In this document: positions 1 through 9,192 of the stretch, piece after piece
Layout: every line of letters begins with the position of its first letter
Numbering within the stretch: position 1 is the first letter of the stretch
Source of the DNA: Crocinitomicaceae bacterium
GTDB taxonomy: Bacteria > Bacteroidota > Bacteroidia > Flavobacteriales_D > Crocinitomicaceae
NCBI GenBank assembly: GCA_040880585.1
Contig: JBBDID010000061.1
Coordinates: 95 to 64,094, forward strand
Length of the DNA stretch: 64,000 nt
Direction: 5' to 3'
The notes under the pieces: model-generated
Seen by the model: the letters and a program-made list of their open reading frames with translations, nothing else
Told to the model about the DNA's origin: nothing
The model's database searches: none
Position numbers and translations under genes: made by a program

Positions 1-44
1 AAGTGTAATTTGGGGCAGATAAAAAATGTAATCTTTTCAATTCA

Positions 45-3000
45 ATGAAATTCAAATTCCTTAAACGCCGAAAATTTTGGAGAAGGCTTTTTGTTTGGAC
101 AATTGCACTGCCCATAGTGCTTTTTTTCTTACTCGTGGGTATCGTTTACTGGAAGCAAGATGCGATTGTTCAGGAATTGATCACCACTTTAAATGAAGAT
201 TTCGTAGGGCAAATAGAGATTAAAGATAGCCATGTTTCACCTTTTGAAAACTTTCCTTATATCTCAATAGACCTGGATCATGTGAAGATCTATGAGGATA
301 AACAAAACCATAAAGATCCCATTCTTGATATTCAGGATGTCTATCTGGGATTTGATATTTGGACCCTTATTTCAGGGGATTATGCGATTAAATTGATCGA
401 ACTGAAGAATGGCTACATCCATGCTGTTCAACATGAAGATGGAGAACTGAATATTGCAAAAGCCTTATCCCCCAAAAAAGAAATTGAAGATCCCGAAGAA
501 GAATTTCACATTGATCTGAAAGAGATTGACTTAATTAATGTGGACATTTATAAGTTAAATGAGGCGACGGGTTTGATGGTAGAAACCTTTGTTGATGAAG
601 CCACACTGAAGTTTAAAACCAGTGATGAGCATGTATATGCTTTTGTCGATTCAGAAATGGAAATGAATATCATTCAGAGTGGAGACACCTCTTTTTTTAA
701 GCACAAACACCTCAAAACTCATCTGGAAATTGATTATTTAAAAGCAGATGAGATATTGTTGATCAATCCTTCTGAAATTGAATTGGAGAATGCCAGTTTT
801 AATGGAGAAGGCAGCATAGACATCAGTGATGATTTTAACCTGGATATTTCTATATATGGTGAAAAATCAAATTTTGATTTGTTTCTTGCTTTTGCACCGG
901 AAGAACTGGGGCCGGTTTTGAATCGTTATGAAAATGCCGGAAAAATCTATTTTGATGCAAAGATCAAGGGAAAAACAGCGAATGGTGAATTCCCCTATAT
1001 ATCTGCTACTTTCGGTTGTGAAGATGCGTACTTCAATAACAAGATCAATCACAAGAAAATTGACGAACTCAATTTTAAAGGCTATTTCAACAATAGTGGA
1101 GGGAAAGACTTGTCAAATATGGAGTTTGCAGTAGAGGATTTTAGTGCACGACCTGAAGCGGGAACCTTTGTGGCCAATATTCATGTGAAAAATTTTGAGT
1201 CACCGGAAATTGAAATGAGTCTGGATTCTGATTTTGACCTGGAGTTTTTGGCCAAATTCATCAATCAAACCAGTTTTCAAAACCTGGAAGGGAAAGTACA
1301 AATGCACATGAAATTTCACGACATTGTTGATCTTTCTCATCCCGAAAGGAGCATTGAAAAACTCAATGAAGCTTATTACAGTGAAATAAACATCTCACAA
1401 CTTTCTTTTAAAACCCCGGCTTATCATTTACCCCTTAAAAATTTGGATATGAAGGTTACGGTAGACGGACATGAGGCAAAAATTGACTACTTCAGAGCAG
1501 TTATCGGTAAATCAGACATTGATATTTCAGGACACATCAATGATTTACCCGCCATTCTTCACCACACCCAGGATGAAATTATTGCTGATCTAATCATCCA
1601 ATCAAAGCTACTGGATATAGAAGAATTGACGAATACGGGAGAAGAAGAAAATAAACCCGTAGAGGAAAAGATTGATAATTTGAGTTTGAAACTCAAATTT
1701 GTAAGTTCTGCCCGTGCCTTTACTGAATCACCCAATTTACCGGTGGGAGAATTCTTTATTGAAGACCTCTACGCCAAACTGGAGCATTATCCGCATACGT
1801 TTCATGATTTTCATGCTGATTTATTTGTAGAGGACAGCAATTTTCGTGTGATTGATTTTTCAGGAATGATCGACAATAGTGATTTTCATTTTAATGGACG
1901 CCTGTTAGATTATGAAAGATGGTTGCAGCCACATCCGTATGGAGACACAAAAATAGATTTTGATCTGACGTCAAACGCTTTACATTTGGAGGATTTATTC
2001 TCATACAAAGGAGAAAACTTTGTGCCTGAAGATTATCGCCACGAAGAATTAAGTGGGTTAAAATTACATGGAGATGTAGCGATTCATTTTAATGATGGCA
2101 TGCAATCGGTTGATTTTGATCTGATAGATGTGGATGCAAAAATGAAAATTCACCCCTTAAAATTTGAAAATTTTAGCGGGCGTGTGCATTATGAAGATGA
2201 ACATTTGATGCTTCAAAAATTTGGGGGGAGAATAGGGAAAAGTAATTTTATAGTGGATTTGAATTATTATTTAGGAGAAGATGAGGCCATCAAAAAAAGA
2301 GATAATCATTTTGGGATAGTTGCCCGCAGATTAGATTTTGATGAGTTGTTCAATTATAATGCATCCCCAACTGATTTAGCTGAAAATCCTGAAGAACATG
2401 AAGACGTCTTTAATATTTATGAGCTCCCATTTACAGACATGACTTTTGATCTGGATATTGACCATTTGAATTACCACCGTTACCTCTTTCATGATTTTCA
2501 CGGACGCCTGAGAACAACCCCTGATCACTATATCTACGTAGACACACTCAGAATGAAGGCCGCCGGAGGAAAAATGATGATTTCCGGTTATTTTAACGGT
2601 TCTAATAAAGATAAGATTTACTTCAGTCCTAAGATGCGATTGGAAGGGGTAGACCTGGATAAACTCTTATTCAAATTTGAAAATTTTGGACAGGATCACC
2701 TGGTTTCAGAAAATTTGCACGGAAAAATCACAACCTCTATTTGGGGAAAAGTACACATGCATGCTGATTTGGTACCAATTTTGGACGATTCGGAAATACA
2801 CATGAATGTATCGGTGCTTAACGGAACCTTAGTGGATTACAAAACCTTACTGGCGTTAGAACCCTATTTTGGCGATAAAAACCTCCATATTGTGCGTTTT
2901 GACACCTTGCAAAATCACATAGACTTCAAAAATGGGGTGATCAACATTCCAAACATGACCATTAACTCAAGCCTGGGGTACATGCAAATATCCGGAACAC

Positions 3001-3242
3001 AAACTATGAATGATGCAATGGATATGGAATATTATATAAAGGTTCCCTTAAAATTGGTGGCAAAAACAGGCTGGAAAACCTTATTTGGAAAAGAGCAGGA
3101 AGAAACCGATCCTGAGCAGGTTGACGAAATAGAGTACATGGATCCGACCAAAAAAATAGCTTTTGTCAATGTGAAAGTTGTTGGAAATGCAGAGAACTAT
3201 GTAGTGACATTGGGGAAAGACAAGAGAGGAGGGAAAGATTAA
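45..3242 (+). CDS. AsmA-like large envelope protein with N-terminal membrane anchor
   Basis: Uninterrupted 1065-aa ORF. A basic N-terminus and one hydrophobic helix (FVWTIALPIVLFFLLVGIVYW) are followed by a long beta-rich soluble region. The family call rests on architectural resemblance only. Confidence 0.5.
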   Translation: MKFKFLKRRKFWRRLFVWTIALPIVLFFLLVGIVYWKQDAIVQELITTLNEDFVGQIEIKDSHVSPFENFPYISIDLDHVKIYEDKQNHKDPILDIQDVYLGFDIWTLISGDYAIKLIELKNGYIHAVQHEDGELNIAKALSPKKEIEDPEEEFHIDLKEIDLINVDIYKLNEATGLMVETFVDEATLKFKTSDEHVYAFVDSEMEMNIIQSGDTSFFKHKHLKTHLEIDYLKADEILLINPSEIELENASFNGEGSIDISDDFNLDISIYGEKSNFDLFLAFAPEELGPVLNRYENAGKIYFDAKIKGKTANGEFPYISATFGCEDAYFNNKINHKKIDELNFKGYFNNSGGKDLSNMEFAVEDFSARPEAGTFVANIHVKNFESPEIEMSLDSDFDLEFLAKFINQTSFQNLEGKVQMHMKFHDIVDLSHPERSIEKLNEAYYSEINISQLSFKTPAYHLPLKNLDMKVTVDGHEAKIDYFRAVIGKSDIDISGHINDLPAILHHTQDEIIADLIIQSKLLDIEELTNTGEEENKPVEEKIDNLSLKLKFVSSARAFTESPNLPVGEFFIEDLYAKLEHYPHTFHDFHADLFVEDSNFRVIDFSGMIDNSDFHFNGRLLDYERWLQPHPYGDTKIDFDLTSNALHLEDLFSYKGENFVPEDYRHEELSGLKLHGDVAIHFNDGMQSVDFDLIDVDAKMKIHPLKFENFSGRVHYEDEHLMLQKFGGRIGKSNFIVDLNYYLGEDEAIKKRDNHFGIVARRLDFDELFNYNASPTDLAENPEEHEDVFNIYELPFTDMTFDLDIDHLNYHRYLFHDFHGRLRTTPDHYIYVDTLRMKAAGGKMMISGYFNGSNKDKIYFSPKMRLEGVDLDKLLFKFENFGQDHLVSENLHGKITTSIWGKVHMHADLVPILDDSEIHMNVSVLNGTLVDYKTLLALEPYFGDKNLHIVRFDTLQNHIDFKNGVINIPNMTINSSLGYMQISGTQTMNDAMDMEYYIKVPLKLVAKTGWKTLFGKEQEETDPEQVDEIEYMDPTKKIAFVNVKVVGNAENYVVTLGKDKRGGKD

Positions 3243-4618
3243 TCTTTAATCAATTTTTCAATCCGTTCAATTTGACTTTGTTTATTCACCTCTCTTAAAC
3301 GGCGAGATGTTGCCGTATAGAATTGATGGGCAGTCAAAAATTTGATCTGCAATTTATTCCATTCATTGATATCGTTCATTACGCCTATCGCTTCTAATTC
3401 TCTATACAGTGCATTAGAGGTAGGAATAAAGTCAGATCGTCCCAAATAATCCAAATCTGAATCACACATGATACGCTGAAGCAATGTTTTGGGATTCGGT
3501 GGCATTTCTGTCGCCATAATGATATGACAGATCTCGTTGATTTGCTTTTCATTGTAGTTGTATTCTTGTAACCATTCTCGTGCAATAGCACAAGAATGAT
3601 GCTCGTGACCCTTTGATTCAATGGTGTGGCCTGAATCGTGAAAAAGGGCGGCAGTTTTTAAGAGTAAAATTTGCTCGTCTGAGACTCCTTCTCCATAACC
3701 GATCAACTCAGCCTGATTCACCACATCAATGGTATGCGTATAATCGTGGTAATGCAAATGATCCGGCAAATTGTTGATTAAAAAATCGATCATCCGCTCT
3801 TCTAAGTCATTAAACTCTTTATGGTGGTATTTTAAAATAAAATCATCATTAGGTTTAATTCCTTTTCTACGATCATCTGAATACATGTGCTTGATGCGTT
3901 TCAGGCGATATAAATCAAGATTTCCACGGTATTTTACCGGTAAGCAGCCGGAATATTCACAATTGAAATAACTCTTTACAACCTCATAGGTGTAATCCGA
4001 AATAAAAACCTGACCCTCTTGAGCCATAGCGGCTATTCGAGGAGCTGTATTAATCACCTCACCACTTAAATTATAGGTAGATTTACGCTTACGGCTGCGC
4101 TGGGTTTCTACCATCCCATTTCCTGAATGAATACCAATTCTCAGGGTCCAAAAGTGCTTGCTTTCGTGTTCATAATCGGCACGTAGTTCTTTTAAATAAG
4201 TTTTAATTTCAAGCGCCGCCAAACAAACGTCTATGGGATTGGTACTTCTTTTTTCAGCAATTCCGCCGGCACAGACATAATCGTCTCCAATGGACTTTAC
4301 CCGTTCTAACTTATGGCGGAGGATAATATCATCCAGATGCATATAAATCTCGTCCAGCAGATCATATAGATTATCCGCTGCATCCTCTTTTCGGATATGG
4401 TTGAAGCCCGAAAAAGAAATATACATGACGGTAATCCCTTTCTTTTTAATCGACTTTCCTCCTCCTTTTACTTTTTTATGAAGATCCGCAATCTCTTTTT
4501 CCAATTCACGAATGGTGGATATTAGTTCTTCATTGCGCTGCGTCACCTCTTTGACCTGCTCGTTTAAGCGTTGATTGGTCTTTAAAAGCTCTTCTGTACT
4601 AACTTCTTCTTCTGTCAT
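3239..4618 (-). CDS. Coiled-coil / class III nucleotidyl cyclase-like / HD-domain phosphohydrolase fusion protein
   Basis: 459-aa ORF with an N-terminal heptad-rich segment (NQRLNEQVKEVTQRNEELISTIRELEKEIADLHKK). Cyclase motifs are KSIGDDY, RIGIHSG and GEVINTAPR. The C-terminal HD motifs are HDYTH...ALFHDSGH...DSDLDYLG. Confidence 0.7.
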   Translation of the reverse strand: MTEEEVSTEELLKTNQRLNEQVKEVTQRNEELISTIRELEKEIADLHKKVKGGGKSIKKKGITVMYISFSGFNHIRKEDAADNLYDLLDEIYMHLDDIILRHKLERVKSIGDDYVCAGGIAEKRSTNPIDVCLAALEIKTYLKELRADYEHESKHFWTLRIGIHSGNGMVETQRSRKRKSTYNLSGEVINTAPRIAAMAQEGQVFISDYTYEVVKSYFNCEYSGCLPVKYRGNLDLYRLKRIKHMYSDDRRKGIKPNDDFILKYHHKEFNDLEERMIDFLINNLPDHLHYHDYTHTIDVVNQAELIGYGEGVSDEQILLLKTAALFHDSGHTIESKGHEHHSCAIAREWLQEYNYNEKQINEICHIIMATEMPPNPKTLLQRIMCDSDLDYLGRSDFIPTSNALYRELEAIGVMNDINEWNKLQIKFLTAHQFYTATSRRLREVNKQSQIERIEKLIKD

Positions 4619-4768
4619 GAACTATACTTACCTCATTATATATCACTACTAAGGTATGAAATTTAAAGAAACCGCAAATTACAAATGCTTTAGTGAGAAG
4701 GTAATCTATAAGATTCAATTATAAAATTTACTATTTTAGCCGACTAATTAATTTATAACTAAAAAAAA

Positions 4769-5368
4769 ATGAAGAAAAAATTGAATTACTTTATGAGTGC
4801 GGCAGTTGTTGTGCTTTTAACAAGCTGCGGAGGCGCAGAAGAATCAAATGAGAATCAGGAAAATGATGTTGCAGAAGAAACCGGACCTACTTTTGAAGAG
4901 AGCTGCGCAACTGACAATGATGTTTTTGTTCAGATTGAAAAGTATGGACACAATTTTGACTCTACTTTTACTTATAAAGATAAAATTGAGATTGTAAGAA
5001 GTGAATGGAGCCAAAAAGATGATTCCACAGCAACATTGAGTCTATACAATTATGATTTGGGCGCAGCAGATACAGCAACCAATTTTAAAATATTGGTAGA
5101 ATTCCATTCTAAAAACGGGCAAGTGCTTCAGGCTGCAGATTACGGTTATAATGATTACGATTCAGATTTCTGGGCAAGAGTGAACATTATATCACCGCTA
5201 GGTACTGTTTGGTTCAATTGGTCAATGGGAATGCCAAAACAAGGATATGTAAAGTTGAATTATTTGGACAAAGAAAATGCCTGTGGTGAATTTACTTTAG
5301 AAGTAGATAAACCAACCAGCAACACAATCGGACACGTTGTATTAAAAGGGCCGTTTAAAACCTTATAA
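4769..5368 (+). CDS. Hypothetical lipoprotein
   Basis: 199-aa ORF with a signal peptide plus lipobox (VVLLTSC). No recognisable catalytic motif. Confidence 0.6.
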   Translation: MKKKLNYFMSAAVVVLLTSCGGAEESNENQENDVAEETGPTFEESCATDNDVFVQIEKYGHNFDSTFTYKDKIEIVRSEWSQKDDSTATLSLYNYDLGAADTATNFKILVEFHSKNGQVLQAADYGYNDYDSDFWARVNIISPLGTVWFNWSMGMPKQGYVKLNYLDKENACGEFTLEVDKPTSNTIGHVVLKGPFKTL

Positions 5369-5387
5369 AAAAGAAAACTTTAAAAAG

Positions 5388-5425
5388 AAGGGCTGCTCTG
5401 TTTTCAGGGCAGCTCTTTTTGTTTT
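5388..5425. terminator. Bidirectional intrinsic terminator hairpin between convergent genes
   Basis: AAGGGCTGCTCTG (5388-5400), TTTT loop, CAGGGCAGCTCTT (5405-5417). This gives a 13-bp stem counting two G-U pairs, followed by TTTTGTTTT. Confidence 0.6.
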
Positions 5426-5430
5426 GAACC

Positions 5431-6126
5431 CTATACATTTCGTTGATGAAAATAATCCCAAACTGCGTCTTCCGGAGGTGGAGCTAAAACGGTGATGGAT
5501 TTCTTTTTTACAGGATGAATAAATGAGATTTTTCGCGCATGCAAATGAATGGATCCATCTTTATTGGATCTTTTTGCCCCGTACTTTAAATCTCCTTTTA
5601 TTATTGCCCCGGTAGTTGCCAACTGAACCCGTATTTGGTGGTGTCTTCCCGTGCGGGGAGAAACTTCAATCAAATGATAACGATCTGAGTGATCAATCAA
5701 CTGGTAGTCCAGTTCTGCCTTTTTTCCACGCCCCTCTGAAACAGGAAAGCTTTTATTTTTTTCTTGATTTTTTTCTAAAAAGTGAATCAGCGTTCCGGAT
5801 GGGGGAGTGGGGGCTTTTTCCGTTACCGCCCAATAGGTTTTCTGTACTTCTTTATCCTTGAACAGTTGGTTCATTCTACTCAATGCTTTTGAAGTTCTGG
5901 CATAGACTACAATTCCGGAAGTAGGGCGGTCTAATCGGTGAACAGTACCTAAAAAAACGTCTCCCGGTTTGTTGTATTTTTCTTTAATATAGGCTTTGAC
6001 ATAATCACTCAAAGGGGCATCACCGGTTTTATCACCCTGAACAATATCGCCAGAGCGTTTGTTGACAATGATCAGATGATTGTCTTCATAAAGCGGCTGA
6101 ATGGAGTTAGTATTGTTCTTCGTCAT
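5431..6126 (-). CDS. RluA-family pseudouridine synthase (no S4 domain)
   Basis: The [15 protein letters not shown] catalytic-Asp motif and the HQIRVQL motif are typical of the RluA family. Confidence 0.85.
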   Translation of the reverse strand: MTKNNTNSIQPLYEDNHLIIVNKRSGDIVQGDKTGDAPLSDYVKAYIKEKYNKPGDVFLGTVHRLDRPTSGIVVYARTSKALSRMNQLFKDKEVQKTYWAVTEKAPTPPSGTLIHFLEKNQEKNKSFPVSEGRGKKAELDYQLIDHSDRYHLIEVSPRTGRHHQIRVQLATTGAIIKGDLKYGAKRSNKDGSIHLHARKISFIHPVKKKSITVLAPPPEDAVWDYFHQRNV

Positions 6127-6922
6127 TCGGGAAGTCTCCTGTTCTTACATCTTTGATATAACTGTGAAATGATTGGAGCATTTCCTGGTGTAAGTTGTGG
6201 TATTTACGTAAAAACCGAGGATTAAATTCATTGTTAATCCCCAACATATCATGACTCACTAACACTTGCCCGTCAACGCCGTTTCCGGCACCAATTCCAA
6301 TGACCGGAATTTCTAATTTTTTGGCTACTTTTTTGCCCAGATCAGCTGGTATCTTTTCCAAAATAATAGCAAAACAACCTGCTTCCTGAAGTAAGCGGGC
6401 ATCCTCAAGTAAACGAATGGCTTCTTCTTCTTCTTTTGCTCTTACACTATACGTTCCAAATTTATAAATAGATTGAGGGGTCAGTCCCAAATGCCCCATT
6501 ACCGGAATTCCGGCCGATAAAATTCGGTCAATAGATTCAATAACTTCACTTCCACCTTCTAATTTCACAGCATGTCCGCCGGCCTCTTTCATAATTTGGA
6601 TAGCAGAAGTAAGCGCCTCCAGTGAATTTCCCTGATAAGATCCAAAAGGCAGGTCTACCACAACCAACGCTCGTTTTACTGCACGAATAACAGATGCTGC
6701 GTGATAAATCATCTGATCGAGTGTGATGGGCAAGGTGGTTTCATGTCCGGCCATTACATTAGAAGCTGAATCGCCCACTAAAATGATATCAATCCCTGCT
6801 TCATCCAATATCCTGGCCATGGAGTAATCATAGCCCGTTAGCATAGCAATTTTTTCATTGTTCTGCTTCATCTCCAAAAGCACGTGGGTGGTAATCTTCT
6901 TAACTTCTTTATGAACAGACAT
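6107..6922 (-). CDS. panB: 3-methyl-2-oxobutanoate hydroxymethyltransferase (ketopantoate hydroxymethyltransferase)
   Basis: 271 aa with [22 protein letters not shown] and KLEGG motifs along the full length. Its 3' end overlaps the downstream rluA-like start by 20 nt. Confidence 0.9.
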   Translation of the reverse strand: MSVHKEVKKITTHVLLEMKQNNEKIAMLTGYDYSMARILDEAGIDIILVGDSASNVMAGHETTLPITLDQMIYHAASVIRAVKRALVVVDLPFGSYQGNSLEALTSAIQIMKEAGGHAVKLEGGSEVIESIDRILSAGIPVMGHLGLTPQSIYKFGTYSVRAKEEEEAIRLLEDARLLQEAGCFAIILEKIPADLGKKVAKKLEIPVIGIGAGNGVDGQVLVSHDMLGINNEFNPRFLRKYHNLHQEMLQSFHSYIKDVRTGDFPNDEEQY

Positions 6923-6939
6923 CTTTTGTTTCTTTTTTT

Positions 6940-6947
6940 CAAAAATA
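6940..6947 (-). promoter_or_regulatory. Putative Bacteroidota -7 box (TATTTTTG on minus strand) for panB
   Basis: Matches the TAnnTTTG consensus 18 nt upstream of the panB ATG. Confidence 0.3.
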
Positions 6948-7010
6948 GGAATAATTTGAGCAGATAGCCTATGAAAGAGCTGCCGAAAATTGTATATTTA
7001 AGATTATTAT

Positions 7011-7340
7011 TGTCTGGTGAAAATTTAAAAAGCTAGAAATGATAACCATCTCTGGGGGTCCTTTTTTCCTCCTCTGAAGGATGGGGTCGCCTGACAATAC
7101 TAATACCAAGCCATTTCACTCCCTTTAGGGAGGGGGAAATGAAATGGCGGAAATAGGAGTCATTGTTTCCTGTCTGGTGAAAATTTAAAAAGCTAGAAAT
7201 GACAACCATCTCCGGCGATCCTTTTTCCCCATCCCTAAAGGGAGGGATCGCTTGACAATACTAAGATCAAGCCATTTCACTTGCGCCTGTGACGGAAGGG
7301 GAAATGAAATGGTGGAAATGGGAAGTCTAACTTTATTTCC
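7011..7340. repeat. Two tandem ~160-170 bp non-coding repeat units with internal hairpins
   Basis: Unit 1 is 7011-7170 and unit 2 is 7171-~7340. They share an almost identical 42-nt head (TGTCTGGTGAAAATTTAAAAAGCTAGAAATGAyAACCATCTC), GACAATACTAA, and an 8-bp stem CCATTTCA/TGAAATGG (7101-7108/7130-7137 and 7272-7279/7305-7312). Confidence 0.85.
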
Positions 7341-7364
7341 CCGAATACCAGTTATTTAAAAGAT

Positions 7365-7736
7365 ATGAAGCAGAAAGTATTAGTTTTTGGAGCGAGTTTA
7401 AATCCGGCAAGGTATTCTCACATTGCCATTAACATGTTAAAGGATTATGAACATGAGGTGTATGGTTTTGGTTTACGTGAAGGAGAAGTTAGGGGAGTCA
7501 AAATTCAAAAAACCTTACCTGAAATGGAGAATTTAGACACCATCACATTATATATGGGTCCCCAAAACCAACAACCGTTTTATGATTACCTGATCAATAG
7601 CGGGGCAAAACGTGTGATTTTTAATCCCGGTACGGTTAATCCTGAATTGATGGAAAAATTAAAGGAGAAAGGAATTGAAACGGAAAATGCATGCACTTTA
7701 GTGATGCTTAGGTCTCAGCAATTTGACCTTCAATAA
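7365..7736 (+). CDS. CoA-binding domain protein (YccU/YneT-like)
   Basis: 123 aa with an N-terminal VLVFGASLNPARYSHIA motif typical of small CoA-binding proteins. Confidence 0.7.
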   Translation: MKQKVLVFGASLNPARYSHIAINMLKDYEHEVYGFGLREGEVRGVKIQKTLPEMENLDTITLYMGPQNQQPFYDYLINSGAKRVIFNPGTVNPELMEKLKEKGIETENACTLVMLRSQQFDLQ

Positions 7737-9149
7737 ACAGCGGTCAATCATTTCCAAACAAGCATCAATGGTACTTTTTTTGGTCCGAAAAGATAGAATA
7801 GCCATACGAATAACTTTTCTACCGTTGAGCTGTGTAGAGCTTAAGAAAATGCGGCCATCCCCTTGAATTTCTTCCATCAAAAGTTGATTGAACTCATTTT
7901 CATTTTCAGAAGAAGGATACCAAAAATAGCTTACGGATAGGTCAGGTTCAGGACCTATCTCAAATCCACGCTGAAGGAGTTCTTGCCGGAAATAATCCGT
8001 CAGATACAGTTTTTCTTCCAGACAAGCTTTAAAAGGTTCAATTCCATGAACCTGAAGTGGTAACCACATGCGTAATCCTCTGAAATGTTTGGTCAGTTCC
8101 GGTGAAACATCTGCCGGATTTAAAGGTAAATCACCTGAAATGGCATCCTGCATATAATTTGCGGTATAGTGATGCGAATGAAAAAGAGCTTCCTTGTCCT
8201 TGATCAAAACAGCCCCTAAACCATACGGAAGAAATAAGCCCTTGTGTGGGTCAATGACCAATGAATCCGCCATTTCAATCCCTTCAAATTTATCTTTTGC
8301 TCGATCTGTGAGGATAAAAAAACCGCCGTATGCCCCATCAATGTGATACCATAATTTTTTTTCTTTGGCGATTTCTCCTATCTTTTTTAAGGGGTCGATT
8401 GCTCCGGTATCCGTTGTTCCGGCTGAAGCGAGTACTAAAAAAGGGGTCAATCCATCTTGTTCATCCTTTTCTATCAATTCTCTTAACTTGTCTGCTTTGA
8501 TACGCGAGTGAGCGTCTATGGGAATGTAACGGATGATGGCGTCTTCCAGCCCTATAATTCGTAAGGCTTTTTGCGTACAGTGATGCACTTGTTCGCTAAG
8601 GTAAATCACCGACGAACTAATCTTTTCATTTTTGATCCCATATTTATCACGTGCTGCAGTCAATGCAATCAAATTGGCAATGGAACCACCAGAAGTGAGG
8701 TTACCCACGGTGTGTTCCGGAAAACCAAAAAGATCCCTCAACCAGTTGATCAATTCATTCTCTATAGTTACCGCCCCGGGTCCGCCATAATACATCCCCG
8801 CATATTCATTAGACACTGCTGCTAAAAAATCACCTAAGGCAGCAAGGTAAATCCCACCACCGGGTATATATCCCAAATGACCTCCGGAAGATGGAACAAT
8901 GCCCGTTTGCACAACTTCTCGCTCAAAATCATCCAGTAAATCATCCAGATTTTGCGGTTGTTTTTTGATACTGAGCTTTTCCGCATCAGCTTTTCGGTGA
9001 TTGTAAGCATTTCGTTGTTGTAGGCTGTCAATGAAATGACGGGTGTATTGATCTATTTTTTGGAGGTAGTTAGCCCTTTCAGCAGAAGTAGGTTCAAGAG
9101 CAGCAGATAATTCTTCTAATTGGGCTAATTTTTTCAACAATTCACTCAT
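7698..9149 (-). CDS. PLP-dependent group II amino-acid decarboxylase (aromatic-L-amino-acid/tyrosine decarboxylase-like)
   Basis: 483 aa with the SLVIDPHKGLFLPYG PLP-lysine motif and the TSGGSIANL and ASAGTTDTGAIDP motifs. Confidence 0.8.
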   Translation of the reverse strand: MSELLKKLAQLEELSAALEPTSAERANYLQKIDQYTRHFIDSLQQRNAYNHRKADAEKLSIKKQPQNLDDLLDDFEREVVQTGIVPSSGGHLGYIPGGGIYLAALGDFLAAVSNEYAGMYYGGPGAVTIENELINWLRDLFGFPEHTVGNLTSGGSIANLIALTAARDKYGIKNEKISSSVIYLSEQVHHCTQKALRIIGLEDAIIRYIPIDAHSRIKADKLRELIEKDEQDGLTPFLVLASAGTTDTGAIDPLKKIGEIAKEKKLWYHIDGAYGGFFILTDRAKDKFEGIEMADSLVIDPHKGLFLPYGLGAVLIKDKEALFHSHHYTANYMQDAISGDLPLNPADVSPELTKHFRGLRMWLPLQVHGIEPFKACLEEKLYLTDYFRQELLQRGFEIGPEPDLSVSYFWYPSSENENEFNQLLMEEIQGDGRIFLSSTQLNGRKVIRMAILSFRTKKSTIDACLEMIDRCLLKVKLLRPKHH

Positions 9150-9192
9150 AGTTTATTTTGAATGCAGATATTTGAGCAAAAGATACTCATTT

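Noticed and set aside
3239-4618. Pycsar/CBASS-like cyclase defence system
   Set aside because: There is no adjacent effector gene (TIR, TM, nuclease or phospholipase). The neighbours are an AsmA-like gene and a lipoprotein gene on opposite or unlinked strands. The cyclase metal site also looks degenerate. I kept it only as an unusual domain fusion.
7011-7340. Possible CRISPR array or coding repeat
   Set aside because: There are only two units, directly abutting with no spacers, and the units are ~160 bp rather than 25-40 bp. No cas genes are present in the window. The unit length is not a multiple of 3. The short ORFs in it (12 and 18 codons on the plus strand, ~57 codons on the minus strand) change frame between units.
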